Origin: an uncultured archaeon
GTDB lineage: Archaea > Thermoproteota > Nitrososphaeria > Nitrososphaerales > Gagatemarchaeaceae
DNA length: 64,000 nt
Assembly (NCBI GenBank): GCA_963799775.1
Contig: CAWCYD010000003.1
Span: 832,001 to 896,000, forward strand
Direction of reading: 5' to 3'
In this document: positions 1-10,555 of the stretch, piece by piece
Numbering within the stretch: the first letter of the stretch is position 1
How the letters are laid out: every line of letters begins with the position of its first letter
Notes under the pieces: generated by a model
The model's database searches: none
What the model saw: only the letters and a program-made list of their open reading frames with translations
Told to the model about the DNA's origin: nothing
Program-made: the position numbers and the translations under genes

Positions 1-603
1 CTTGGCCTCCCTCTCGAATATGTGGAGGATGTCGCCTTTGAGGGAGGCGTCGAGCATAGAGACGGGCTCGTCTGCGACGACGACCGCCGGATTGAAGATC
101 AGGCCCTAGCTATTCCGATCCTCTGTCTTTGGCCGCCAGACAATTGGAAGACGTAGCGGGTGAGGAGCTCCTCAGGAAGGCCGACACGCGTGAACACCTC
201 GTGGATAAGACGGGAGATCTCCTCCGCCTTCTTCACTCCCTGAGACTGGAGCGGTATGCGTAGGGTGTCGTACACCCTCATGTTGGGGTCGATGGAGGAG
301 AATGGGTCTTGGAAGATCATCTGGAGCCGCCTGCGGAGCTGCTTCCATTGTTTGCCCTTGGCCTTGCCCACGTCAATCTCCTGACCGCCGTCGAAGAGGG
401 TGATCTTGCCAGAGGACAGCGCAGAGAGCCCGATCGCCGTCCTGCCAAGAGTGGTCTTGCCCGACCCGCTCTCACCGACGAGAGCGACGATCTCGCCCTT
501 CCCCACCTCCAAAGAGACGCCGTCCACCGCCTTGACGACTTTAGCCTCCTCGAGGAGCCTCTTCTTTGTGAAGAAGACTTTCGCGTCCTCGATCTTCAGC
601 ACT
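1..603 (-). CDS. oppF: Oligopeptide/dipeptide ABC transporter ATPase (OppF/DppF-like); runs off window edge, 1-nt frameshift near 103
   Basis: Walker A GESGSGKTT, FQDP Q-loop, LSGGQRQR signature. After the apparent stop at 99 the shifted frame continues LIFNPAVVVADEPVSMLD (Walker B). Likely GTG start at 603. Confidence 0.9.
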
Positions 604-609
604 GTCTCC

Positions 610-1573
610 CTAGTATAGCCAGCAAGCAACTCTCTCTCGTCCTACCCCCTTCAATTCGGGCATCTGTTTGCAGACCTCCATCGCGAACGGACATCGAGGC
701 ATGAACCTGCACCCCGGGGGGAGGTTCGCCAAGTCCGGAAGGAACCCGGGGATGCCCTTGATCTCGTTACTGGTGAGCGTCGGGGTCGATCCCGAGCAGG
801 CCCTGGCTGTAGGGATGCTTGGGTTTGGCGAAGAAGTCAGACGACGCCCCCTCCTCGACGACACCGCCCGCGTACATCACGTAGAGCCTGTCGACCGCCT
901 CGGAGATCAGGGCCAGGTCGTGGGTGATGAGCAGGATCGAGATACCCAGGTCTTTCCTCAGCGCCTTCAGGAGGTTCATGATGTGGACCTGAGTGATCAC
1001 GTCCAGCGCCGTGGTGGGCTCGTCTGCGACCAGCACCTCGGGCTCTAGGGCGAGGGCCATCGCGATGAACGCTCTCTGCTTCTGACCTCCCGAGAGCTCG
1101 TGAGGATACCTCCTCGCGATCGTCTCGTCCAGCTCGACGAGCTCTAGCTGTTCGCGCACCACCTTGTCCGTCCCCTCCTTCCCGTGGAGGTTCAAGACCT
1201 CCTTGATCTGCGAGCCTATCGTGAAGACCGGGGTGAAGCCGTTCATGGACCCCTGGAAGACCATGGCCATCTTCTTCCACCGATACTCTCGCCTGAACTT
1301 GTCCTCGTCTAGCTTCAAGATGTCCGTCCCCTGGAAGAGAGCCTGGCCGGCGACCACCTTCCCTGGCGGTGTCAGGAGGCGGAGAAGGCCCAGGGCGAGG
1401 GTGCTCTTCCCCGCGCCGCTCTCTCCGACGATTCCGACTATCTCGTGCTCGTCCAAGCTTAGGTCGACGTTGTCGACGGCCTTGACATCGCCCCGGGAGG
1501 TCGGAAAGTAGATGCTGAGGCCTTTGGCTTCTAAGAGGATGGTTTCTCGGACCTCGATGTGTTCATTTCGCAT
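610..1573 (-). CDS. oppD: Oligopeptide/dipeptide ABC transporter ATPase (OppD/DppD-like), frameshift near 790
   Basis: GESGAGKST, LSGGQKQR, ADEPTTALD, HPYSQGLL. The C-terminal Cys domain PPGCRFMPRCPFAMEVC lies in the 610..864 frame. Confidence 0.92.
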
Positions 1574-2933
1574 TGACCCGCGGGGCAACTATCCTGTCCA
1601 GGGCGAACCCCACAAGGACGAACGGGACGGCGACGACCACTATCATGAGTCCGGGGAAAAGCACCCACCACCACCAACCGAATAAGGCTGCCTCCTGGAT
1701 GAACGCGTCGTCAAGGATCCCGCCCCATGTGACGACGTTCGCGGGGGCGATGCCTAGGAACGCCAGCGTCTGGGCGAGCAGGATCCCAGCAGGGATCCCG
1801 AGGACCGTGTACGCGATCGAGACGGGCGTGAGCCTGGGCATGAAGTGCGTGAAGAACGTGCGGAAGGAGGAGATGCCCATCGCCTTGTCGGCCTCCACGT
1901 AGGTCTGCGACTTTACCGACAATGCCACAGACCGGGCGATGATGGCGTAGAACGGCCAAGAGAGTGCCGCGATGAGGAGCGCCTCGACAAGGAGAGACAG
2001 GGACACGCTGTAGGAGAGGGCGACGATGAATGGAAGGGCCGGAAGGGCCAGGAAGACGAGTGTCACCCATTGCATGACGCCATCCTTCCTTCCTCCTATG
2101 AACCCTGAGATGCCTCCGAAGACGACGCCGAAGAGCACCCCGACCACGGAGGTCACGGCGCCCAGCTCCAGGGCGTAAGGTAGGCCCAGGAGCATGCCAA
2201 GCTGGATCGGCCTGCCATAGAGGTCCGTCCCCATCAGGCCGAAAGAGTCTCCGTTTATCGTCACGGTGGTCGCCTTTGCGTTGACGGTCACAGGGGCGCT
2301 GCTGACCAGGTCGATCCTGACGTGGTAGGTCCCGTGTAGTACAGGGTTGGTCAGAAGTTGAGGGCCGTCTTGGTTGAACAACGCCCTGAGCTCTTGCAGC
2401 GACGAGACCGTCGCGAGAGGATAGCCCTGCTGGGATTGGATGAACTGTTGCACCCACTGCAGGATGGTCGGGTCCGAGACGTCGTAGCCGGTCCCAGACG
2501 AGGGATCCGATATGTAGATGACCGCTCGGACGCCGTCGGGTTTGGCCCAGGTGACCTCGGCCTCGAGCAGCGACCCCGAGAACTGCGGGACGAACCGTAG
2601 GTCAGTGGGAATCTTTGCCGACGACCACTGGAAGGTGTAACTCCCGCTGTAGTTGTAGGTCGAGGACCCCTGCGGGGAGGCGTTAGTCCAAGTCGTGCTA
2701 GGGAGGTCTATCGTTGGAGAGACGTCCTCGCCAAGGTAGGCGACCCAGGTCGGGGGGGCCTTCGCAGGGTTGGCCTGCCACGACTTTGGATTGTTCCAGG
2801 TGCTTGAGATGTTGGGTGGATAGGAGACGAGGGCGAAGACGGAGAGGCCTATGAGTATGACAAGGAGGACGAGGCCGGCCATGCCCGATCTGGACTTTGA
2901 GAACTCTCTGAGATAGCTGGTCTTTCCACTCAA
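1563..2933 (-). CDS. oppC: Peptide ABC transporter permease (OppC/DppC-like)
   Basis: MGTDLYGR motif, EAA-like YVEADKAMG, WWWVLFPG, several TM segments; probable TTG start at 2933. Confidence 0.88.
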   Translation of the reverse strand: MSGKTSYLREFSKSRSGMAGLVLLVILIGLSVFALVSYPPNISSTWNNPKSWQANPAKAPPTWVAYLGEDVSPTIDLPSTTWTNASPQGSSTYNYSGSYTFQWSSAKIPTDLRFVPQFSGSLLEAEVTWAKPDGVRAVIYISDPSSGTGYDVSDPTILQWVQQFIQSQQGYPLATVSSLQELRALFNQDGPQLLTNPVLHGTYHVRIDLVSSAPVTVNAKATTVTINGDSFGLMGTDLYGRPIQLGMLLGLPYALELGAVTSVVGVLFGVVFGGISGFIGGRKDGVMQWVTLVFLALPALPFIVALSYSVSLSLLVEALLIAALSWPFYAIIARSVALSVKSQTYVEADKAMGISSFRTFFTHFMPRLTPVSIAYTVLGIPAGILLAQTLAFLGIAPANVVTWGGILDDAFIQEAALFGWWWWVLFPGLMIVVVAVPFVLVGFALDRIVAPRVNAK

Positions 2934-2941
2934 CCAATGCC

Positions 2942-3994
2942 TCACCCTGACTTTATGCGCGGATCCAGGAGACCATACATCATCTCCCCGAGATACAGCC
3001 CGAGCAGCAGTATTATCGTGAGAACGAACGTAGACGCTATGATGACCGGCAGGTCGTTCACGAGTATCGAGTCGTAGGTCAGGAGACCGAGCCCGGGCCA
3101 TCTGAAGACGACCTCGACGGTGATCGCGCCGCCGAAGGACCCAGCGACAGCGAGGACAGCCTGCGTAGCGATGCTGGGCGAGACGGTCCTAAGCACGTGC
3201 CCGAAGAGGAGCCTGTTCTCCGAGATACCCCGAGCCCTTGCGGTGAGGACAAAGTCCTCGCCCATCGTGGAGACTACGAGGCTCCGGATCACGTACGCGA
3301 ATCCGCCGACATTGACGACGAAGAAAGCGGCAAGAGGGAGGGCAAGGTGGTCCAGAAAGTCACCGAAGTGCCCCAAGAGCCCCGGCGGAGGAGGGACAGA
3401 TATTATCCCTCCCGAGGGGAAGAGGTTGAGCGAGTACGCAAAGAAGGCTATGAAGAGGAAACCTACCCACCAAATAGGGAGGCTCGAGTGGAACACTGCG
3501 ATGAAGGGGATCGACCTGTCAAGCTTGCCGCCGGTCGACTTGGCAGCGAAGAGCCCTATGACGCTCCCTGCGAAGACCACCAGGAGCGTCCCGGTGGTGA
3601 AGAGCAAGATGGTGTTCGGTAGATAGGCCGCGATGATGTTCGAGACGACGTTTGACCCGTTGGGGGCGAGCTCGAAGAAAGAGTTTCCAAACTGGAACGT
3701 GAACAGGTGATACAGCTGGAGGACGAACTTAACTGGGAGCGGCTGGCTGAACCCAAACTGCCCGAGGAAGTTGGCCTTGTACGAGGCCACCAGCCCCTGC
3801 ACCTGAGCCTGGCTGAGGCTTCCGTGGGAAGCCTTCACGAGCGACTGCTGATAGGTCTGTGCCAGGCTCGCGGCCTGGTCAATGATCACCTTCTGCAGCG
3901 CTGGGTAGATCCCAACGTAGAGGATCGACACGGTGGCGACTAGGGCCGCGGCGTATGAAATCGACTTTACGAGGACGAACCTCTTGTAAGTCAA
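2942..3994 (-). CDS. oppB: Peptide ABC transporter permease (OppB/DppB-like)
   Basis: DFVLTARARG EAA loop, VEVVFRWPGLG, C-terminal LLDPRI. Confidence 0.92.
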   Translation of the reverse strand: MTYKRFVLVKSISYAAALVATVSILYVGIYPALQKVIIDQAASLAQTYQQSLVKASHGSLSQAQVQGLVASYKANFLGQFGFSQPLPVKFVLQLYHLFTFQFGNSFFELAPNGSNVVSNIIAAYLPNTILLFTTGTLLVVFAGSVIGLFAAKSTGGKLDRSIPFIAVFHSSLPIWWVGFLFIAFFAYSLNLFPSGGIISVPPPPGLLGHFGDFLDHLALPLAAFFVVNVGGFAYVIRSLVVSTMGEDFVLTARARGISENRLLFGHVLRTVSPSIATQAVLAVAGSFGGAITVEVVFRWPGLGLLTYDSILVNDLPVIIASTFVLTIILLLGLYLGEMMYGLLDPRIKSG

Positions 3995-4130
3995 CCAAGA
4001 TTCTGAAGGCCTGGGCGGGATTTAATCGTATCTCATGGAGAAATACGATGGAGCGGGAGCGCGTGGATCAGAAAATCGTAGGATGGGACCGGCTCTATTG
4101 GGCCTGGTCCCCTGCTGCGCTTTGAGGCCT

Positions 4131-6839
4131 CTAGACCTTTCGGCGCCGGCTGAACAGGAAGCCCGCGGCCACGATGACGATGAGTACGACCACTCCGATT
4201 CCGATGTATAGGGTCGTGTTGCTGCTACTCGTTGTCGTGGATGTCGTGCTGGTCGTCGATGAGCTCCCTGTCGAGCTGCTCGTCGACGAGCCACTCGAGG
4301 AAGTGGACGAGCCCGCCGTGATGGTGATCGAGGTCACGTACGGCTTTATCAGCTTCGAGGTCGGAGAGTCCGCCAAGACGGAGAGCGTGTATTGCGCTGC
4401 CGCCAGACTGTTCGGCAACTTGACCGTCGTCACTCCGTTGGATCCGGTGAGGTACGAGTTGCTGAAGACGACCTTTCCACCTGCTACCAACTGGACGAAG
4501 ATCGTCGCGTTGTTCGCCGGGACGGACTTCGTCGGCTGTCCGTCGGGGGCCTGGAGCGCGGTCACGTTGAACGAGCCGCCTGCGGTCAGGGTTGGCGGTG
4601 GTGTAGCCAGCGCTGTGATGACGACAGGAGAGGCCCATACGTCGGGATTCCCGATGCTACCCGCGTTGAAGCCAGGGTTCGGCTTCATGACGAGGTAGGC
4701 GGGTGAGGAGGACGCAGAGTACTGCGAGATGTAGAACGCCCCGTCGCTCATGACACCCACGCCGTTCGTGTTGATGAAGTTGATCGCCGCTTGGTATCCA
4801 GCGGATGCGGTCGAGGCGGTCACCCAGCTCTGTCCGGTCATCGACTGTAGCTGTGTGATCTCCACCGGCACCGTCGAGCCAGCAGCTGTGAGCGCCGCTT
4901 TCACGTTAGCGACGTCGGTCGGGTTCAAGAGGCTCAGCCAGGAGATCTTGTTCGTGGTCGCCGTCCCGGTCGAGAAGGCAGCCTGCCCGCTTGTGACGAC
5001 CTGGTTCATCGCGACATACAGCTGCCAAGGCTCCATCCCGGCGCCGTCCACCTGGCCCGAGAAGCCAAGAGGCGAGAGGACGTCGGCTATCACTCCGTAG
5101 GCAGCGAAGTTGGCGTCGGGGAAGTAGGTCCCGGTGGTGTAGATCTCGAGCGATGTCGAGTTCAGCACCTTGAAGCCTACCACCTGCGATGACTCTACCG
5201 AGTAGAGACCGTGCTCCTGGCCAGTGTCGTATAATGGACTGCCCTTCGTGACCACGCGCTGCATCTCGATGTATTGCCACAGCATGTCGGCCAGCGTGAC
5301 CGGCTGGCCGTCAGCCCAAGTCGTGTGGCTGAGGTAGGGCGCCATGTTGACCGTCACGTCGTTCTGTGCCATTGCGCCAGAGGCGACTGTCGCCCAGCTG
5401 TCGGAGCTCCCGTTGAACCATATGGCGCTGGAAGGCACGGGGACATTGCCGCTGAAGGAGTTCGCGTTGTCAGTGAATTTCATCCCTGTCGAGTAGGGGT
5501 ATCCTGTAGACGGACCGTAGGCAAAGATCGGGAGCTGACCCGCTGCCTGCATAGAGTCAGAATATGCGTCGTTGTCTCCGCCTACCGGGTTCACCGCCCC
5601 GTTCGTGATGTGCCGGACGCCCATCTTCAGGGCGTTCGCCGTCCCTGAGGCGTCAGAACTTGAGGTCGACATTGTGATGTAGTTCTGGTAGTTGCCGAAC
5701 GGGTCGGTAAGGAAGTTCGTCGTCACGCCGGAGACGGCTGAAGACGCCGCGTATGGCGCCAAGGACGTCCCGAGTGTGATGTAGGTCGCTCCGAGGACGC
5801 CGTAATAGGTCAGGTTGCTCAAGAGAGCGTTCCTCTGGGCGAGCGAGCTGAAGTTCGACTGGAGGAGGGGAATCGCGTATGTGTCGGCCTTGTTGTAAAG
5901 GTTGGTCGATGCCTGCTCCTGGGTAGTGTTGTCCCATCCGCCGATCCAGTTCGGACCGTAAGAGTCGGAGGCCGGCAGGTCGTCGTAGTAGCCTGCTGAA
6001 TAGAAGTTCAGCGCGTTGCTGTCAAAGTATCCCCAGATCTGGGAATTCGACGCAGGGTAGATGTCCCATGTCGCGTTCGCGGGGTCACCGCCGAACACGA
6101 CACTCTCCGCCGTCGAGAGCGTCCCCGTTATCTGGTTGGTCGCGAAGCCCAATTTTTGGAGCTGGGTCTGCAGATACTGCATGAAGGCCTGCCTGATCGG
6201 GTCGTCAGTCCTGATGAACAGGTTTACCGTGACAGGCTTACCTTCCCACGTGTATCCGCCGGTGTGGCTGTAGGTTACGCCGTTCTTCGTCAGCGTGTTA
6301 TAGATGGTCTGGTTCGCGTACGCGAAGTTCAGGGTCACGTTAGAGAAAGGCGCTACTCCCGCCGCCACTACGGAGCTGTCTGGCTCTGCGCATACGGCGG
6401 CCACGCACTGGATGAAGTTGCCACCGTTGATAGTCTGACCAAAGTAGTTCCTATCGATCACGTAGTTGAGGGCGAACCTCACCGACTGGTAGTAAAACGG
6501 ATTGTAACAATGGCACGCTCCTCCTGTGGTGTTCTGCGGGTTGACGTAGATACCATAGATTGAGGCGGGCGCCACGTACTGACTGTAGCTCGACGGTAGT
6601 CCCGTGCTTGCCGCCGGAGTCAGGGCAAAGTCGTAAGCATCGATCTTGTTGGCCTGCAAGTCAGCCACGCCAGATGCGTCGTTACCACCATAGTCGATGA
6701 AAGTAATGGAATTAAGAGTGGGCTTTGCGGGACCACTCGCCGAGTAAGCCATCTTCACCAGCGGGAGTGCGCTGAGCAGGAAGAGGAGGACTAAAACTAT
6801 AGGCAGTACCTTCTTGGTCCTTCCGGATGCCTTGAACAT
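4131..6839 (-). CDS. oppA: ABC peptide substrate-binding protein (family 5, archaeal type) with Ser/Thr linker and C-terminal TM anchor
   Basis: Signal peptide, NPFYYQSVRFALNYVIDR, TWADGQPVTLAD, S/T-rich linker, TM helix plus RRRK tail; heads the opp operon. Confidence 0.85.
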   Translation of the reverse strand: MFKASGRTKKVLPIVLVLLFLLSALPLVKMAYSASGPAKPTLNSITFIDYGGNDASGVADLQANKIDAYDFALTPAASTGLPSSYSQYVAPASIYGIYVNPQNTTGGACHCYNPFYYQSVRFALNYVIDRNYFGQTINGGNFIQCVAAVCAEPDSSVVAAGVAPFSNVTLNFAYANQTIYNTLTKNGVTYSHTGGYTWEGKPVTVNLFIRTDDPIRQAFMQYLQTQLQKLGFATNQITGTLSTAESVVFGGDPANATWDIYPASNSQIWGYFDSNALNFYSAGYYDDLPASDSYGPNWIGGWDNTTQEQASTNLYNKADTYAIPLLQSNFSSLAQRNALLSNLTYYGVLGATYITLGTSLAPYAASSAVSGVTTNFLTDPFGNYQNYITMSTSSSDASGTANALKMGVRHITNGAVNPVGGDNDAYSDSMQAAGQLPIFAYGPSTGYPYSTGMKFTDNANSFSGNVPVPSSAIWFNGSSDSWATVASGAMAQNDVTVNMAPYLSHTTWADGQPVTLADMLWQYIEMQRVVTKGSPLYDTGQEHGLYSVESSQVVGFKVLNSTSLEIYTTGTYFPDANFAAYGVIADVLSPLGFSGQVDGAGMEPWQLYVAMNQVVTSGQAAFSTGTATTNKISWLSLLNPTDVANVKAALTAAGSTVPVEITQLQSMTGQSWVTASTASAGYQAAINFINTNGVGVMSDGAFYISQYSASSSPAYLVMKPNPGFNAGSIGNPDVWASPVVITALATPPPTLTAGGSFNVTALQAPDGQPTKSVPANNATIFVQLVAGGKVVFSNSYLTGSNGVTTVKLPNSLAAAQYTLSVLADSPTSKLIKPYVTSITITAGSSTSSSGSSTSSSTGSSSTTSTTSTTTSSSNTTLYIGIGVVVLIVIVAAGFLFSRRRKV

Positions 6840-6932
6840 TGCCCGTCCTTTTGGAAAACGGCTATTTTAACTTGACATTCTCTGGGCACTATAGCGCACT
6901 GTAGGAGACATTGAGGGAGGGCAGCGCTCGAC

Positions 6933-7289
6933 CTATGCCTCGGGCCACGTCGACTGTCTTGGGCCTTTGAGGATGCTCAACGCATAGACTCCATCGACGA
7001 CGATGAGGACCAGGAGGACGACCTGCTGCCAGTCGACGCTCAGTATCCCGGGGATGTGGGTGGTCCCGTTGGTCGCAGAGGTGATGAAGAATAGAGGGTA
7101 GCGGACCATGTCGGGCGCGAAACCCTCGTGCTGCAAGTAGGCGATCCGCAGGCCGTAGTTCTCGGTTATCAGCACGAAGATCGCGATGAGGAACACGTTC
7201 GCGACGACGGCCTCCAGCAGGGGAAGCAGCTTCATCCGCGAAGCCGGCCACCGAACCCCTTCTAAAGAGTTAGGCGGATGGAGCCCCAA
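6933..7289 (-). CDS. Small hypothetical membrane protein (2 TM)
   Basis: Two hydrophobic segments; fills the gap between oppA and the divergent signal peptidase. Confidence 0.6.
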   Translation of the reverse strand: MGLHPPNSLEGVRWPASRMKLLPLLEAVVANVFLIAIFVLITENYGLRIAYLQHEGFAPDMVRYPLFFITSATNGTTHIPGILSVDWQQVVLLVLIVVDGVYALSILKGPRQSTWPEA

Positions 7290-7326
7290 CCCTTAACAAT
7301 CTCAGACAGGCGACCCAGCGAATCTC

Positions 7327-7959
7327 TTGCAGCTCTCGAAGAACGCCAGCAGGGGGCTCACCTACGTCCTGGTGGTCGTCGTGATCGTGGTCGCGGCGCA
7401 GCTCGTCGTGGGGAGCGCTCTCGGCTCGTCGCCGGTCTACGTGGTCGTGAGCAAGAGCATGGTGCCCACGCTCCAGATCGGCGATCTGGTCATCACGCAG
7501 AGCGTCAAGTTCAGCGACATCCATGTCGGTCAGGTCATAGTCTTCGTAAACCCGACCCCCGAGGGGAACTGCCCGAACCCCTCGGGCCTCACCGTCGTCC
7601 ACAGGGTGGTCGAGATAACGGGCAGCGGGCTGATCACGCAGGGAGACGACAGGGTCACCAATCCACGACCTGACGAGCCCGACTCGTGGCCCCCTATACC
7701 GCCGCAGTGCGTCAAGGGGGTCGTGGTCCTCGCCGTCCCGTACCTGGGATTGATCTCGATGCTAATCCCATACCCGTGGAACTACGCCCTCGTAGGGCTG
7801 ATACTCATTTTCGTGTTCCTCTCTGAGCTTAGGCCTGCCCCAGGGCAAGAGAGACAGGGAACCGAACAGGGCGCCGGCGCGAAGGCTGAGTCTAGTGGGA
7901 GTGGGCTACAGGGGCCTGGGGAGCTGTCTCCGCGTCGCGGGACCTCTCCGCTTCCATGA
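7327..7959 (+). CDS. sec11: Signal peptidase I, archaeal Sec11/S26B type
   Basis: VVVSKSMVPTLQIGDL (catalytic Ser), VVHRVV (His), ITQGD, VPYLG. Confidence 0.92.
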   Translation: MQLSKNASRGLTYVLVVVVIVVAAQLVVGSALGSSPVYVVVSKSMVPTLQIGDLVITQSVKFSDIHVGQVIVFVNPTPEGNCPNPSGLTVVHRVVEITGSGLITQGDDRVTNPRPDEPDSWPPIPPQCVKGVVVLAVPYLGLISMLIPYPWNYALVGLILIFVFLSELRPAPGQERQGTEQGAGAKAESSGSGLQGPGELSPRRGTSPLP

Positions 7960-8257
7960 GCCTCTTTGCGAACCACATGCTTATCACCACTGTCGCGATG
8001 GTGAGGGTGACCCAAGCGGGGATGAAGACCCAGGCGAAGGACGTCGACGTGCTCGCGACGATGGTCCCTCCCCGGGCGAACAGAGCGACCCCCCAGGTCA
8101 AGACAGCGAAACCGATCATCACGAGCGTTAACAGCAATAGCCTCTTTGGAGAGGACTTGTACGAGATTCCGTGCATCCCGGATTGGCTTTGAGAGTCTGA
8201 CAAGGACTTCCTTTCTCCTCTCTCGAACCCCCAGCCGTTGTCGGATTTAATGTTCAC
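7892..8257 (-). CDS. Hypothetical membrane protein (2 TM)
   Basis: Two TM helices; TATA-like TATATAA on the minus strand at 8291-8297. Confidence 0.55.
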   Translation of the reverse strand: MNIKSDNGWGFERGERKSLSDSQSQSGMHGISYKSSPKRLLLLTLVMIGFAVLTWGVALFARGGTIVASTSTSFAWVFIPAWVTLTIATVVISMWFAKRLMEAERSRDAETAPQAPVAHSH

Positions 8258-8308
8258 GCTCAGAAATCGACGACGGTGCTTTTATACCCATTATATAGTC
8301 CAGCCGCT

Positions 8309-8481
8309 CGGCCGGACCAGTTCCCCGGCCTTGTCTTCAGGCTGAAGACCCCCAAGACAGCGACGCTGATATTCAGCTCGGGGAAGATGGTCTGCACGGG
8401 AGCGAAGAGGGAGAGCGAGGTTTCAGGGCCGTGAACAACCTCCACGTGCTTCTCGAAGAGAAGAACCTGATGATCTACTAG
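8309..8481 (+). pseudogene. tbp: TATA-binding protein remnant (one hybrid repeat, no N-terminus); missed by the ORF track
   Basis: Reads RPDQFPGLVFRLKTPKTATLIFSSGKMVCTGAKRESEV, then after a 1-nt shift FRAVNNLHVLLEEKNLMIY*. These match the TBP repeat-1 core and the thaumarchaeal TBP C-terminus. Confidence 0.88.
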
Positions 8482-8491
8482 ATCCGCCTAT

Positions 8492-9825
8492 CACATACGA
8501 GCGAGAAAACCCACGTGCTTCAGCCGTGGGATGAAAGCGAGCGTGGGGGCTTAAATATGGTAAGACGACAGTATGATGTGCCCGTAGCTCTCCGCTTCCG
8601 ACTCTATCCGACGGGCAAGGAGGAGAGGAAGATGCTTTGCACCCTCGAAGCGACGAGACATCTCTGGAACGATGCGCTCGCGCACAGAAAGGCGAGATGG
8701 GAATCAAACAAGAGATCGACGTCATACAACATGCAGGCGGCAGTACTCACATCGGAACGCAAGGAAATCGCAGAGCTAGGTGGCCTGCACTCCCAGGTCG
8801 GTCAGGACGTCCTGAGGAGGCTCGACAAGGCCTTCAGATCGTTCTTCGCGCAGCGCGCTGGCTATCCGAGGTTCAAGAAGCGCTCGACTGCTGGCTCCTT
8901 CACGTATCCCCAGGCCTACAACCGGTCAGCGAAGCCCGATGTTCCGAGACGGAGGCTCTATCTCTCAAAGATCGGCAACATCAGGACCGTCTTTCACCGG
9001 CCGCTCCCGAAGGACGCGCTCCTGAAGACGTGCACCGTGGTGAGGGAGCCAGACGGCAAGTGGTTTGCATCGCTCGTCTTCGAGGACATCCTGCCGTTGC
9101 AGAACATCATGACGAGATTCGTCTCGCCGGTCGGCATCGACCTCGGCCTAAAGTCGCTGATAGTCACGAGCGACGGCACGGAGGTAGAGCACCCACGATT
9201 TCTCAGAAGAGCGGAGAAGAGACTCAAACACCTTCAGCGAGCATTCTCTCGCAAGAAGAAGGGCTCGAAGAACAGGTTCAAGGCCAGAAAGAGGGTCGCG
9301 GCGCAGCACGCCAAGGTCAGGAGGCAGCGTACGGACTTGAACCACAAGCTCTCGACGGCGCTCGTGAGACGGCACGACCTCCTCGCCTTCGAGGACCATT
9401 CGCATCAGGAACCTGGTGCGGAACCACAAGCTGGCAAAGTCCATCCATGACGCTGGATGGGGTCAGCTCGTGAGGCTCGCGGAGTACAAGGCGCTCTCAA
9501 AGGGGAAGCGCGTAGTCAGAGTCGATTCCGCGTACTCGACCCAGGAGTGCTTCCATTGCGGCGCGCTCAACAAGATCGATCTCGACGTACGAGAGTTCGA
9601 CTGCATCGGTTGTCGTCGCCATCTCAGACGCGACCACAACGCGTCGTGCATCGTGCTGAAGCGAGGACTCGCAATGGTAGGGCAGGGCATGCCCGAACTC
9701 AAGCCTGTGGAGATGGAACCTCTACTCGTCCAGACAACTGGGCGAGCAAGCTCTATCTGTGAAGCAGGAACTACACGCCCGCAAGGGCTGGAATCCCACG
9801 GCCAAATGCCGTGGGAGGATGTCAC
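8492..9825 (+). mobile_element. IS200/IS605-family non-autonomous (TnpB-only) element
   Basis: Left hairpin CCCACG-tgcttcagc-CGTGGG (8510-8530); right end GAATCCCACGGCCAAATGCCGTGGGAGGATGTCAC (9791-9825); no tnpA. Joining the flanks restores a pyrE stop codon. Confidence 0.85.
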
Positions 9826-9847
9826 CTCTTGTTTACCTGAGAAGTGA
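8578..9847 (+). CDS. tnpB: RNA-guided endonuclease TnpB (IS605 OrfB type), 1-nt frameshift near 9398
   Basis: N-terminal FRLYPT HTH_OrfB, GYPRFKK, RuvC-I GIDLGL, RuvC-II AFED, Zn finger CFHC..CIGC, RuvC-III RDHNA. Confidence 0.93.
9680..9845 (+). ncRNA. Predicted TnpB omegaRNA (scaffold overlapping the tnpB 3' end/right end, guide from the flank at 9826-9845)
   Basis: Established TnpB biology plus the right-end hairpin and TCAC terminus; 5' boundary approximate. Confidence 0.6.
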
Positions 9848-10449
9848 CGGCGTGCGCTTCCTCGGCGGAGAGCAGGGCCTTTCCCCTGAGTATCTTCACG
9901 AGCTCTAGGATGTCGGTCATCGCGTGCAGCTTGACGCCCTGCTTCTTCATCGCCGAAGAGCCTCCCTCCAGCCTGTCGATCACTACAGAGGCGCTCTCGA
10001 CGTCGCACCCCTCCGCCCTTATCGCATCTATCGCGGCGAGGATGGAGCCCCCGGTGGTCACGACGTCGTCTATTACGATGGACCTTCCATCCAGGCCTCG
10101 TCACCCCTTCCACGAGCTTGCCCTTCCCGTGGTCCTTCTCGTCCTTTCGCACGTAGATCATCGGCTTCTCGAGCGTGAGCGCTATCGGAGAGGAGAGCGT
10201 CAGGCCCACGGTCGGGATGCCCGCGATCGCGTCGTAGCTCGTCTCCTTGAACTCGTGCTTCAGGAACTCGGCGTACGCGCTCGTGAGCGTCTTGTACGCG
10301 CCAGGATAGCTTGGGATCGTCCGCAGGTCGATGTAATACGAGCTTATCCTGCCGCTGGAGAGCGTGAAGGTCCCGAACTGGATGGCCTTGACCTTGACGA
10401 GGACCATGGCCAGCTCCTCCAAGAGCTCCTTTCTGCGCTTCCACGCCAT
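9822..10449 (-). CDS. pyrE: Orotate phosphoribosyltransferase, frameshift near 10080
   Basis: FGTFTLSSGRISSYYIDLR, YVRKDEKDHG; PRPP motif VIDDVVTTGGS in the shifted frame. Confidence 0.93.
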
Positions 10450-10555
10450 GGGACGAGGTCTCCGGAGGCGATACTAAAAGTTGCTATCGGCGGGCGCAGA
10501 ATTGGGACAACCTTGATAGACGAGGGGCTGATGGGTCTCGCGACCGAAGACCTCC

